DNA of 64,000 nucleotides from Octopus sinensis (GCF_006345805.1 NC_043019.1:8059360-8123359); one strand, 5' to 3'; positions 41,019-54,814 are shown, counted from the first letter of the stretch. The notes: generated from the sequence alone by a model not told the origin. Translations and numbers: made by a program.

Positions 41019-41749
41019 TATATATAATATATATATATATATATAATAATATATAATATTTACATATGTATGGGTGCATGTATGTACGTATAGGTTCATT
41101 GTGTGGGCATACAGGAATAGCTATTCGAGGATTTCAGCATGCGACTGGCTCTCTATTATTATATATCTATATAAGTGTCTGTCTACTTCTGATGCGTCCT
41201 GATGCGTCTCTAGCTATGTGATATCCACTCCATTCTTCTATTGTTATGAGATAATGTCAGAATATCAGTAACGTTCGATTGTCTAGTAATTTCAATGTCT
41301 CTACTTCGTGAGTATTTGATTGCTCAAAGTTCACTTGTCGTAATTGTAACCTTAACATGAACAACCACATTCAATTCTCTCCCATTCTCCCTCATTCACT
41401 TTCAAAAATCGCTCCCTCCATCCCTCACGCCTTTTCTCACTCTCCCTCTCTTTCTCTCTCTACCTGTGTGTGTAGGTATATATATATGCTTACACACTTA
41501 CCCGCACACACATACGGATATATATATAGATATATATATGTATGTATATTGTTATATATATGTATATGTATATATATATAAACACATATATATATATATA
41601 AATATATATATATACATTACACATATATATATAAATATATGTATATAAAAATATATATATATGTTATATAATTGTGTGTCTGGTTTAATGTGTAGTTGGT
41701 TATGTGCCCGTATATATATATATATATATAATATATTATATATATATAC

Positions 41750-41789
<40 letters not shown>

Positions 41790-41917
41790 GTGTGTGTGTA
41801 TGTATATTCACATTTATATGTTTATATATGTATATATGCATATAATATATACATACATATCATATTATGTATATATATTATATTGATATATATATATGTC
41901 TATACACACATACACAG

Positions 41918-41953
<36 letters not shown>

Positions 41954-42698
41954 ATACATACCTGCATGTGTAGTGACTATGTATGTGTGTATATATAACA
42001 CTCTTGCTTTCCTATAACTCAATCTGTCTTTTCAGTTTATTCTGTCTTCCAAATTCTACCGATTCTCCCCTCTGTCAATTCTTTCTGCATTACTCTTTCC
42101 ATAATTTTCTCCCTTCCCTCCTTCTCTCTCTCTCTCTGTCTCTCTGTCGCCCAGTGCCCCCCTCTCTCTCTCTCCCTCTCTTTCTTTTACTTCTACATCG
42201 TCCATTTCTGTCTCTCCTGTTTACTTCCAGACTGAAGAATTTAATTCAACTGCTTGTGTGTTAAGTATAATTTTGGCAGGTGTCTCGCTTATCAATTCTG
42301 TGAATTACTGTATTGGACACTAATTAGCCCCAGGTAATATAACTTTACTCAAATAAATCGCCATTATCGATTCTCTTTTGGGTTCACTTTGGAAAGTATT
42401 CACGTTAAACGTACGTCGTTCACCGAGGTGAAATAGCCACTTTAAATCTCCTTTCATTTCAAATATCGAGAAGGTCTCTCCACCGCACCCACCACAAACC
42501 CTAGCTCTCTAATTTTGTACATAGACAGAGATACATTTGCCTACACTCATACAAACATGTATCTATGTATATGCGTATATATATAAGTGCACAGGTATGT
42601 CTATGCGTCTGTATATATATTATATAATATATATATATATAATATGATATAATATAATATATACCTATATATATATATATATATATATACAGACAGAC

Positions 42699-42745
<47 letters not shown>

Positions 42746-43379
42746 CAGACAGATATATAAATATATATATATATATATATACATATATAGATAGATATAT
42801 ACATGTATACATATACATATGAATATATATATGTATATATATGTATATATATCGTATGCCGCGTATTTTTATATTGAAAAACATGATTGTATTTTGTTTC
42901 GTGCGATTAGAAGAACGGACACGTCTTCTCGATGCCGTCAAGTTTGTATAACCTTTGAACGCCAATTTCAAGAATTGCGTCCGCTTCTATATGTCAAACG
43001 ATCGGATATATTTATCGATCGGCACATATGTTATCAACTCTTGAGAGATGAAGAGTTGAATCGATTTTGACAGGTTTCAAACTCGTAAATATAATTTCGT
43101 CAGTTCACCATTCCAACACCTGTCTCATCGCTTTAACGTTGTATCAGTAAAACCCGAAGAGAATATATATGCGTCAATATGTTTTTCTTGCCGTAGGGGT
43201 GAGGAAATCGAGGCATCGTTTGCTTGTCCTTCGGGAGGGAAAATCGCACCGTTCAGGCGAGCATTTGTGTGAAGCGCCGCAAAATTCCATTCTTCAAGGA
43301 GACCGAATATACTTTGATGCTGACTCTCTCGCTTTGTATTTTATTAATGTTGGTGCTAATGCAACCACTGAGGGCTTGT

Positions 43380-43681
43380 TCGCTTTTCAGGTTTATGTGC
43401 TGCATTTGAAAAGGTTGTTGGCCCATGTGGATTGGCGATATGTTTAAAGCGTAGTATGAAATGTCTTCCAGTATACTTTATAGATTTTTTTTATCCGTTA
43501 TAAATTCTCGACCATCTGTTATTGCTTTGTTACGCTTTCGGTACATGCAGACTTGAGAAATAAACCAAAGAGCGGAGTCCTCCATCATCAGGTCGAGTGA
43601 CGAATCTGTCCGAGGAATGTACTCGTTGCTTCCGTGAAAGTGCGTTAAAATTATTATCTGAAAATAACATCCCACACACAT
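43380..43681 (-). pseudogene. Decayed Tc1/mariner-superfamily transposase C-terminal remnant
   Basis: YFQ...EYIPRTDSSLDLMMEDSALWFISQVCMYRKRNKAI resembles FQQD...WPPxSPDLNPxDYxLWxxL...YRKRHK. Judged by eye. Confidence 0.4.
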
Positions 43682-43730
43682 CCAGTTTAACTGAATTTTT
43701 ATCTTTTAAATAATTTATGAATAATAACTA

Positions 43731-43798
43731 AATATGCTAATTATGTAAATATACCAATTATGTAAATATGCTAATTATGTAAATATGCTAATTATGTA
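43731..43798 (+). repeat. Four copies of a 17-bp unit AATATGCTAATTATGTA
   Basis: Copies at 43731, 43748 (2 mismatches), 43765 and 43782. Confidence 0.9.
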
Positions 43799-44829
43799 AT
43801 TTCTGCACCAACCTTTGAGGTTTTAGTAAGTGCAGTATCTCTGACATCGCATGTTATCATTATACTGAGGAAACAGAAATACTATAAAAGATAAGATAGT
43901 TTAGAGTGAGTTAAATGTATCTCCGTCAGTTTCGACTATAAATATTCAAATAATTGATCAGCCGAAATACCAGCGCCATGAAATGCTGTGTAATTTGCTT
44001 AACATTCCACTGATCCGTCCATCCTGTCAGTGAAGAATCTTCTTAAACTCTTAGGTTCTGCTTGTCCAGTATATGCAGAAAACAAGCATTTCTCTCTTGG
44101 TCTACTCTGGTCATCCTCCCTGGAGACAAGAAACCACAATAACCCAAGATGTGTTGCAATAGTGAATCCTCTACTTTTGTTGCTTCAGTGTGTATGTATG
44201 TATGTATGTATGTAATGTATGTATGTATGTATGTATGTATGTATGTTGGAAAATTAAGATATTCACAATTGAAGATTATTATTTTCTGCATTATATTTAC
44301 TATTACATTTATTTGGAGCTCAGCATTGGATGTCCCAAGTGGATTGGGATGCCAACCTGCAACGGATGATGGGGGAACACGTTATTGCATTCTGTTACAA
44401 TGGTCTATTATTTCTTGTTCTGTGTTTTCGACAAAGTATATCTAAGATTAATATTATCGCCTAAAAAGCAGAGAGGCTTTCGAGAACAGGATTTGCATAA
44501 TATTTCAGGCAGAGAGATTAGCTAAGTAGGAGCCGAGTCTTAATTCGATATCATAGAAAGAAAAGAAATCTAAGATGAAAAGACTAACAAGGGATTCGAC
44601 CTCTTGAATTTGCATTGGTTAGTTGTTGTTCTCATTGTTTTTGCTGTTGCTACAACTAAAGATGTTGCTATTGTTCTTGACCTTGTGGAAGTTCTGGCCA
44701 TTGTTATTCCCCTTCTCCCAATGGATTATGTTGTTATTATCCCAATCGGAGATGATTTTCTGGTTCCTTTATTAAAACTGCTTCGCTGCTCATACTCCCC
44801 CAATATATATCATGCACTCCCCGCGAACG

Positions 44830-44995
44830 TGTTCAGCTAACGGAATCATTAAAACACTATTTTTGATGGTATTTCGGCCGCCTTTACGTTCTGAGTTCGA
44901 ATTCCGCCGCTGTTGACTTTGCCTATCATTTTTTCGGGGTTGATAAAAATAATTACTAGTTGAGCATCGAACATGCTGGCCTCGTGTCAAAGTTG
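44830..44995 (+). mobile_element. Family B SINE (diverged)
   Basis: acgttctgagttcgaattccgccgctgttgactttgcctatcatttttcggggttgataaa. Confidence 0.75.
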
Positions 44996-45199
44996 GGAAT
45001 CAATAATGTCTGCTGCTCGAAAATGTCATTGTTATATTTGTGACGTTGTTGTCCTCACGAAAGTCTATGTCTTCCTAGCACAACCTTTGGAAACAGTGAA
45101 CGATTTTGAGTTTCAGCAATGGGATTCTATGTTATTGTGAATGTAATAGTCCAAATAAGAGCTCTAATAGTTTTTTTAAAATATTGTGACTTCCATTGA

Positions 45200-45410
45200 G
45201 GCAGCGAGATAGCAGAATCCTTAGGACGCCGAAATAAAAATCCTTAGCGCCATTTTGTCTGACTGCACAATCTTGTTTCAAATTCCACCGAAGTCGATTT
45301 ACCTTTTCATTCTTTCTGTGTCGAGAATAGATGTACCAGGTGAGCACTGGGTCGATGTAATTATTTGTCCACTTACAAGAATTTGCTGGCCTTGTGCACA
45401 AATTTAAACC
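45200..45410 (+). mobile_element. Family B SINE (diverged)
   Basis: gcgagatagcagaatccttagg...ttcaaattccaccgaagtcgatttacc...ctgggtcgatgtaat. Confidence 0.75.
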
Positions 45411-46004
45411 AATGTTATGACTTCAACTATAAAACATTATCTTTATTTGTAGTTGCTTTAATTTAATTTATTTCTAAGGTTGTATTTGGTGATCTTGCCA
45501 TTGAAAAAAAAAAAACACAAATACAGTTTCAACGGTGCAATTCGAAGCAAAGTAGCAGAACGGTTTCAATCCCAGTTGATTTGTGATTGTGCATTCCTTC
45601 AATATGAAAACATTCTCTGACCAATTTAAGTAACACTATTTGCTTTCCATTTGGAAAATTACTCCACGCCGAAAGCACGGCGCCACTGTAACCCAACAGT
45701 CGGTTAGAAAATTCCTCGGTGTAAAGTGGGAAGAAGTATTGTCTTTCAGCAGCAAAAGTATTCTTATGCTAAAACGAATTTCTTGGATTTGTCACCATAA
45801 CCCAAGGGATAAGAACACAACCCATTCACATAGTTGAATGCTACATAAGCATAAACATAGGCCTTTATGCACCTATGTATAAATATATATACATATACAT
45901 ACGTACATGTATGAATATATATATATATATATATACATACATACACACACACATATATATCTAGTATGCGTTTGTCTAAGTGTATGTCTATACACACACA
46001 CACG

Positions 46005-46051
<47 letters not shown>

Positions 46052-46084
46052 GTGGTGTATAAATATATATATATATATAGTATT

Positions 46085-46412
46085 TTCATATATACATCTC
46101 TGAGCAGCTGTAAGTATTCTGCAAAAGGATGAATAGGCCAACACATTTGGGATTCCGGTGTAATTCGACATGGCAACTTAACTTCAACCAAGTGCATTGC
46201 CATCCGTCGTGCATTTCGATAGTGCAGCCACCTGGCAACGGAGTAGGTCATAGGTTATAAATCCTCAATCGTTATTCTTTCGTCCATTCACCAACCGCAA
46301 TAGCGCCCCAGATGCAGGGAACGAACTATAATGCTACTCTCCAAATACGATCCCTGTGACCTGTCAAACAGCGATTTGGTGGTGCGTGAGTCTCTTGTCA
46401 ATTCGCCAACTT
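46085..46412 (-). pseudogene. Possible decayed RTE-type reverse transcriptase remnant
   Basis: One frame gives VGELTRDSRTTKSLFDRSQGSYL...W*MDERITIEDL*PMTYSVARW...LVEVKLPCRITPESQM, loosely tracking the QG...LEDLDYADD region. YADD is not preserved. Confidence 0.25.
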
Positions 46413-46423
46413 GTTTCTCTCTC

Positions 46424-46502
<79 letters not shown>

Positions 46503-46504
<2 letters not shown>

Positions 46505-46648
46505 TGTGTGTGTGTGTGTGTATAATTATATATATACATATATATTATATAATATATCATTTATTATATATATATATGTATATATAATTATTTATATATA
46601 TGTGTGTGTTTGCGTGAGTGGGTATATTCATATGTATATATTCTATAC

Positions 46649-46685
<37 letters not shown>

Positions 46686-47897
46686 CGATTATATATGTAA
46701 TGTGGATTACGAGCGAATAACTGGAAAGTAAAATTCCCTCTGTCTATCAGTCTAAATGCATATAAACCGTAGAAAGAAATGATGCTTTATTTCTTGTCTG
46801 AAAGTATTTATTTTTATAGGTATATTACGTAGAGTTCACAATGAATATTGAATCTTGGTGGATAGTGTCGCAGCAGTGACGTCATAAGTACGAGACTTAC
46901 GTGCCCTCGTATTTCGGTTTCGCGGATTCTCTGCGTTTCCTAGTAACTTCCTGAAACGAAATTCGTGGTTAGATATATAAGGAATGGTGAGCAGTGCGTC
47001 TCCGATTTTGGGGAATGTTTGTTGAGCTGTAAAAAATACTCGGTGAATGCAATAGAGTCAGCATTGAATTAGAATCACTAGTTTTCGATCTCTGCTTCAC
47101 TTTCGCCTTCCCTCTCTCTCGTTCTATCTCTTCCTCTCGATACGTACGTTAGTATATTTATATATGTGTGTTTGTGAAAGAGAGATAGATAGAGAGAGAG
47201 AGAGATAGAGAGAGAGAGAGATAGAGAGAGGAAGTTGTTGGAAAAAGGGTAAAGATTTATACATAAAAATATTCATACATATATATTTCATATGATCAAA
47301 CAAAAAGTAGATGTGTATATGCATTAATGATCTTATTTTTCCATGAATATCTGCTTCAAAGGATGTGTGATTTACTTCGCATAGATACGTTCAAACATAA
47401 AAATATGTGAGGGTCTATGTATGCGCCTGCGTGCGTGTATCCATGTGCGCGGGTGTGTGTTTGTATATGTGTGTTGTGTATTGTTACGCTAGCGGTGGAA
47501 TCGGCTATTCTAATTCCTACCAAGCGCATGTTGGCAAACGCTACCAAACGATAGGAAGACAATCAATAGCCCGCATTAATTTTGGATTAAAACGTGAAAC
47601 AGATAACTATTCCGAGTTTAGTGCAGAAGACAGAGAATAATATGATTGTGAATGCTATTAAATATAACTCACTACTGCCCTACTGCCTGGCTGCCTGGCT
47701 GCCTGACTGCCTGGCATGGAATTCGAACGAGCTTCCGCAAAGCGTTAGATGCCGTACATCACATTCGAAGTAAATTATGATATATGTGTGTGGGCGTATG
47801 ATTGTGCGTGCGTGTTTAAGAATACACACACACACATACGCATACACGCATATACTTGTATGTGTGTGTCTGTATATATATAATATATATATATATA

Positions 47898-47931
<34 letters not shown>

Positions 47932-48058
47932 ATAATTATATATATACATAATAATTATATAAATATATCATTATATATATATATATATGTATATAATTAT
48001 ATATATATATGTGTGTGGTTTGCGTGAGTGGGTATATTCATATGTATATATTCTATAC

Positions 48059-48090
<32 letters not shown>

Positions 48091-49273
48091 CGATTATATA
48101 TGTAATGTGGATTACGAGCGAATAACTGGAAAGTAAAATTCCCTCTGTCTATCAGTCTAAATGCAATATAAACCGTAGAAAGAAATGATGCTTTATTTCT
48201 GGTCTGACTGAAAGTATTTATTTTTATAGGTATATTACGTAGAGTTCACAATGAATATTGAATCTTGGTGGATAGTGTCGCAGCAGTGACGTCATAAGTA
48301 CGAGACTTACGTGCCCTCGTATTTCGGTTTCGCGGATTCTCTGCGTTTCCTAGTAACTTCCTGAAACGAAATTCGTGGTTAGATATATAAGAATGGTGAG
48401 CAGTGCGTCTCCGATTTGGGGGAATGTTTGTTGAGCTGTAAAAAATACTCGGTGAATGCAATAGAGTCAGCATTGAATTAGAATCACTATTTTCGATCTC
48501 TGCTTCACTTTCGCCTTCCCTCTCTCTCGTCTCTCTCCTTCTCGATACGTACGTTAGTATATTTTATATGTGTGTTGTGTGAAAGAGAGATAGATGAGAG
48601 AGAGAGAGAGATAGAGAGAGAGAGAGATAGAGAGAGGAAGTTGTTGGAAAAAGGGTAAAGATTTATACATAAAAATATTCATACATATATATTCATATGA
48701 TCAAACAAAAAGTAGATGTGTATATGCATAATGATCTTATTTTTCCATGAATATCTGCTTCAAAGGATGTGTGATTTACTTCGCATAGATACGTTCAAAC
48801 ATAAAAATATGTGAGGGTCTATGTATGCGCCTGCGTGCGTGTATCCATGTGCGCGTGTGTGTGTTTGTATATGTGTGTGTGTGTATTGTTACGCTAGCGG
48901 TGGAATCGGCTATTCTAATTCCTACCAAGCGCATGTTGGCAAACGCTACCAAATCGATAGGAAGACAATCAATAGCCCGCATTAATTTTGGATTAAAACG
49001 TGAAACAAGATAATCTATTCCGAGTTTAGTGCAGAAGACAGAGAATAATATGATTGTGAATGCTATTAAATATAACTCACTACTGCCCTACTGCCTGGCT
49101 GCCTGGCTGCCTGACTGCCTGGCATGAATTCGAACGAGCTTCCGCAAGCGTTAGATGCCGTTACATCACTTCGAAGTAAATTATGATATATGTGTGTGGG
49201 CGTATGATTGTGCGTGCGTGTTTAAGAATACCACACACACATACGCATACACGCATATACTTGTATGTGTGTG

Positions 49274-49280
<7 letters not shown>
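46503..49280. repeat. Tandem duplication, two copies of a ~1.41-kb unit; probable assembly artefact
   Basis: Copy 1 spans ~46503-47880 and copy 2 ~47913-49280. Differences are mostly 1-nt indels. Confidence 0.92.
46901..47026 (-). CDS. Candidate internal coding exon (126 nt, phase 1-1) of an unidentified gene
   Basis: Branch-like GCTGAC, acceptor ttttttacag| and donor CAC|gtaagt. Only one frame is open: xQQTFPKIGDALLTIPYISNHEFRFRKLLGNAENPRNRNTRA. The duplicate at 48311-48435 is 125 nt and frameshifted. Confidence 0.55.
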
Positions 49281-49310
<30 letters not shown>

Positions 49311-49379
49311 ATATATATATATATATATGTAGATACAAGTATATTATACATATATATTTATATACATCTCTTAATTTAT

Positions 49380-49560
49380 TTGGAAAGTAGCTTGCTTGTC
49401 AGCTACATGGCTCCGGATTCAGTCCACTGCGTGGCCCCTGGGCAAATGTCTTCTGCTAGAGCCTCGGGTCGACCAAAACCCTGTGAGTGGATTTGGTATA
49501 TGGAAACTGAAAGAAGCCCGTCGTATATATATGTTAATGCATATGTGTGTTTTTTGTGTT
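49380..49560 (+). mobile_element. Family A SINE, 5' half
   Basis: agtagcttgctt...ttcagtccactgcgtggcccctgggcaaatgtcttctgcta...gagtggatttggta...gaagcccgtcg. Confidence 0.85.
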
Positions 49561-49604
49561 AGTGTGTGAGTGTTTGTGATAAATAGATAGATTGATACAT
49601 TTCA

Positions 49605-49745
49605 GAGTGTAGCCGATAGCTTAGTATGTTGCACTCATAATCTGAAGGTCGTAGTTTCGATTCTTGGATCGGGCAATGCATTGTGTTCTTGAGCACTATA
49701 CTCCATCTCAGGTTGCTCCAGCCCACCTGGCTGGCGAATATGCAC
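49605..49745 (+). mobile_element. tRNA-derived SINE, family C head (diverged)
   Basis: gcttagtatgttgcactcataatctgaaggtcgtagtttcgattc...ttgtgttcttgagca...gttgctccagcccac. Confidence 0.65.
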
Positions 49746-50729
49746 AACACACTGACAGATTGCCGTCCAATGGAGAGAGTATTGGGGGAGGTAGTATACA
49801 TATATGGCACGGAATCTTAGAATCCAGCTGTATGAGAAAATTCCACGGGACGAATCTCCGTCGTTTCTCATGCATATAACGATCCATAATTATGCAGATA
49901 GCGATCCGTAATATGTCTACGAAATTTGGAATTTCTCAAATTATCCGAAAGAATTCGACTTTCGACTAAACATTATATTCACAGCAACATTTATCGAGAC
50001 AAAAGGGCAACATTTAACTCTTCTTTGCATATTGAGTCCTTTATATGTTAATATTTTAATTAGATTTAATTTGTTCTCCAGTTTCGCGGATATATTTGAA
50101 AACGTGTAGCTGCGCGTAGTATGTATGTATGTGTGTTTTTGTTTATGTACACGTGACTATGTTTATATGTGCATATGTATATTGCCAATGTGTACGAGTG
50201 TGTGTGTGTGCGTCTAAGTTTTCTGTGTTACATACGAGACCATGCCTTAACATAAGTGGGGGAAGTTTGGTCGGAAGCCAAGTGAATTTGGCAAAGCTCT
50301 TCGTCTAACTGCTATTGATCGTCCAGTCTCTTCCATATATCATCTTTGGAAAGACTAGTACACGGAGAAAAGTAGCAGGATATACGCTGTCGCTCTCTCT
50401 ATATTCTAATATTTATATGGATAACTATATACGTACGTGCATATACATACATGTGCATGCATACACATATATATATATGCATGCATACATATATATGTAT
50501 TTTTATATGTATTTATATATGTATGTATACACACAATATACGTATGTCTATATAGAAAGCATATTATATATATTTTGTTTCCTTGTCATTCTATGATTAT
50601 GTATGCATGCGTCAATGCATACATACACACTTACATACATACGTACATACATACATACATACATACAATACATACATACATATAAGTAGATAAGTACATA
50701 CACTGGAAGATAAATAGATAAATAATAGA

Positions 50730-51010
<281 letters not shown>

Positions 51011-51508
51011 ATGGGCACACAAAGAGATAAATGATCGGTCGATAGCTATTGCTATAGCTAGATACGCACATATTGTTATGCCTACGCAGAGACATAATAC
51101 GGTATGGAAACAGGCATTGAAGCTACCTGCATGAGTCATGTCCAATCTTTCACAACCTATTCCGATGTGTTTCCAAACTTCGCTAAAAAAGCCTTCTCCA
51201 GTTTAATTAATAATGCATATTTCACAATATGATATCCTGTCATATTATAGTCACATACATGTGCCTTTAGGGTGTTCATTCTGCAAAGCTCGGACTAGGC
51301 TTGGAGTTAATGCTGCAGCAGAAATGAAGGCCATAAACACAATCGCTACAGCTGCAGAGATGACGGCTACAGGGCTTTAGATGAAGGGGATGATCGTTGG
51401 CGAAGTGTCTGATGTTGTTGTTGCTATAATAATAATAATAATAATAATATAATAATAATAATAATAACAACAACATCGAAAAATACCCAGGTTTGAAATT
51501 TCCCCAAG

Positions 51509-51552
51509 ACACCTCATGAAGGTTGGAGGGTACATCAGCCGAAATGTTGTGT
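51509..51552 (+). ncRNA. Minimal type I hammerhead (G5 mutated) in a PLE pLTR remnant (~51250-51620)
   Basis: ACAC-CTCATGA-a-GGTTG(gagggtacat)CAGCC-GAAATGTT-GTGT. Stems I and II pair. Confidence 0.65.
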
Positions 51553-52980
51553 TGACAACAAACAAGATGTGGACAAATATCGGTCAAATGTAAATAATAT
51601 AAATAATGTACATAATTCCTCATGTCTTAAATATAAAAGTGTTTATAATGTTCGATGTTAGATCAAATTTAATATGCTATTTTGAACCCTCTGATACGTA
51701 ATAATAGGTTTTGGAATATACTAAGATAGAATCTAAATTTAAGCATAAATGCAAAAGAAAAAATATCGCCAAAGAATCTTTAATCTGATTATTTTTCATC
51801 TCCAGTCTGACAATAGATATCGCAGGATCTTTAGTACAATCAAATATATTTTTTTGTTTTAAGTATTTTTCTAGCTCAATTAACCACTTTAGTGCAGAGA
51901 ACATTCCAGCTACGATAATACATCATTTCCTGCTTGTAATTCCATGGAGCGTATAATTGTCCACGAAATGATAATTGCTTTAACCAAAACATTGGCAGAC
52001 AGCAGCTGTGAAATTTAAAAGCAGACCAGACACACGCAGAATAACTTCACGTTACCATTTCGCAAGACCCCTACAATCAACCAAAACAGCAAATTGCAAC
52101 AAATTTGTGCAGCTTGAGTGTTTCGCTTTAGTATATATCAAACTTCTGTGTTATTAAAATGAAACGGTGAAAAATTCAGACACGCAGCGCTCCAATTTCA
52201 TGAGTGGCAATGTTCTAGCATGTAATGCAAGCTACGTCTGGGGTCATTTCGGTCATTTAGCCGCCTTGTTTTCAATCTTCCTCGAATTACTTGAACGAAT
52301 AATGTTTGAAGATTACTGCTTTAGATCTTACCGTTATTTGTTTCAAACCGCTTGGTTAAACACCAAAAAGATATTAGACATTCAAGCAATCTTTTAAAAA
52401 ATGTAGGCTCTTTAAAGTATCTTTTCCATCTCTATTATCGCTAAATTTAACTCCCAGTCTTCATATTTGCGTATTAAAACACTGACTTTCAAAATTATCA
52501 TTTACACAACTTAAAATAGTTTATTATTTACGATTTCAAATAAGACATTCTCACTGATCCGTTCAAAATTTTCACTTTTGTGCGAAAAGTTTTCATTTTT
52601 CTTATCTATACTTTCCGTATAAAGTTTATTTCTCTCTCTCTCTCTTTCTCTTTCTCTTTCTCATTCTCTCTCTTTCTCTTTCTCTTTCTCATTCTCTCTC
52701 TGTTTCATTCTCCCTCTTTCTCTCTATCTGCTTTTTCTCTCTTTCCCTTACTGTGTCTGCGCGGGTGTCTGTAAAACCGAGAAAGATAGAAAAAGGTGAC
52801 TGTACGCGCTCACACACAAACACAACATATCATGAAGTATACTTTTTTTTTAAGTGAGTACCACGCCCCACTGCATCAGCAGCCATATTATTCGTAAGGT
52901 TGTTGCTACGGATATTCTATGGAAACTACTGCCAGCACTCAGATCCAAACAAGCACTGAGATCGGAGACAAAAGTGAGTA

Positions 52981-53040
52981 ACGGGTATATATGGCATATT
53001 TCGGGGGTTGTTACCCCTTCATCAGCAACTGTCTAACCCA
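52981..53040 (-). ncRNA. Hammerhead ribozyme motif with intact catalytic core
   Basis: Minus strand reads CTGATGA-a-GGGG(taacaac)CCCC-GAA-ATAT(gcc)ATAT-A, giving an AUA triplet. Stem I is weak. Confidence 0.65.
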
Positions 53041-53157
53041 TTCTTGCCTCCGATCTCATCTTTACATCTGACCTGTCGATACGAAACGTTGTAGCAAAAA
53101 CAATCAATGCTGGCTAAAGTTTCTGCAGAATACCTGTAGAAACGACCTTAAAAGTAA

Positions 53158-53224
<67 letters not shown>

Positions 53225-53565
53225 TGTGTCTGTGTGTGTGTGTGTGTGAGAGTGTGTCTGTGTGTGTGTGAGTGTGTGTATACACGTATGTGTGAGCGGG
53301 TGTGAATGTGAATTTGGGGCGCGAGTTTTATATGATAAACAAATATGACATAATTTTATAATATTATCCAATGAAACGGAGGCTGTAAATTGATGCAACT
53401 TCATTCATTCTTATTCCTGTATCTGTCTTAGATTTCATTCTTCACCAGAAACAGAAACGAATTTAGGATCTTCGCTTTCCAATAAAATATAGTACAACAC
53501 TCAATTTTCAGTATATCTTTCACATTTTATTCAAATCTACTTTTCCCCATCTATTTATCTGTCTG

Positions 53566-53615
<50 letters not shown>

Positions 53616-53653
53616 AATGTCTTTCTCTTTCTCTCTCTTTCTCTCTCTATATA

Positions 53654-53687
<34 letters not shown>

Positions 53688-53746
53688 CTCATGTACATAC
53701 ACATGCACATATATATACATACATACACACACCACCGTATATATAT

Positions 53747-53793
<47 letters not shown>

Positions 53794-54014
53794 GTATATA
53801 TATATACACACACATACATACATACATATGTACATATGTACGTATGTGCGTATGTATCCTTGTAAGTATACAGCTTTGTGTGTGATTGTGTGTGTGTGTC
53901 TGTTATGTGCACATCTGTTGGCTGACATAGATGAAAATATATAGCGGTATTATATTCCATACGCAATATTCTCATAGCATAATTCTTTTATAGATTCCAC
54001 TGCAGAGAACTCAC

Positions 54015-54086
54015 GACTCATCCATGGCTGGCTATGAGCAGCGCTTCTCTTCGATTTTTCTCTCTCCCCTGAGGCAATACCACTTC
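54015..54086 (-). CDS. Weak candidate exon (72 nt, phase 1-1) or first coding exon MDES
   Basis: Strong donor GTC|gtgagt at 54014. Open frame GSGIASGEREKSKRSAAHSQPWMS, or alternatively Kozak-like agccagccATGG at 54025. The acceptor is weak. Confidence 0.25.
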
Positions 54087-54469
54087 CTACATCATGTGTA
54101 ATATATTCATAGATACATGTATATAGAAATATGTGCGTGTGTGTGTTTATATGTCAGCCATGTTCGTTGGTTAATTACGTCAGGCTTACGTGTCTCTTGT
54201 TGCAATGGTTTACGAGATGCCATACATCTTGCAGTCGTTCGGCACAAAACGACTTCATAACTGGCGAATATTCTAACTTGATATACTTCCATTTGAAGCA
54301 ATAAACAAAAGCAAACCAGAGAGAAATGAAACACTTTTGAGCATACATATTACTCTTTCGTTTACTTCTTGTTCATTTCCGTCTTCTGCCACGGCTTCTC
54401 CTTCTACTAGAAATAGTAGTCATAATAGTAGTAACAACAACATCAACAACAACAGCGAAAATTGATTCA

Positions 54470-54660
54470 GATTTTGGCACAAGGCCAGCAGTTTCGGGCC
54501 AGTAGCTAAGTCGATTACATCGACTCCATTAAACAACTGGTATGTATTTTTACTGAGTCCCGAAAGGCAAAGTCGATTGCAGCGGAATTCGAACAGAGAA
54601 CGTAATGACGAACGAAATGCCGCTAATCATTTCGCTCACCCGGCGCGGTAACGATCTTCC
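54470..54660 (-). mobile_element. Family B SINE (diverged)
   Basis: ttttggcacaaggccagca...gtcgattacatcgactcc...ggcaaagtcgattgcagcggaattcgaacagagaacgtaa. Confidence 0.75.
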
Positions 54661-54714
<54 letters not shown>

Positions 54715-54814
54715 GAGAAGAAGAAGAAGAAGAAGAAGAAGAAGAAGAAGAAGAAGAAGAAGAAGAAGAAGAAGAAGAAGAGAAGAAGAAGAAGAAGAAG
54801 AAGAAGAAGAAGAT

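Noticed and set aside
38126-42333. Plus-strand mini-exon candidates (38126-38167 GLIEFFKFDLKRKL; ~42280-42333)
   Set aside because: Short, unlinked and unrecognised; expected by chance at this scale.
43731-43798. CRISPR-like array
   Set aside because: Contiguous 17-bp repeats without spacers in eukaryotic DNA, with no cas genes.
44604-44840. Hydrophobic 78-aa ORF resembling a signal peptide
   Set aside because: Derived from a decayed (GTT)n tract.
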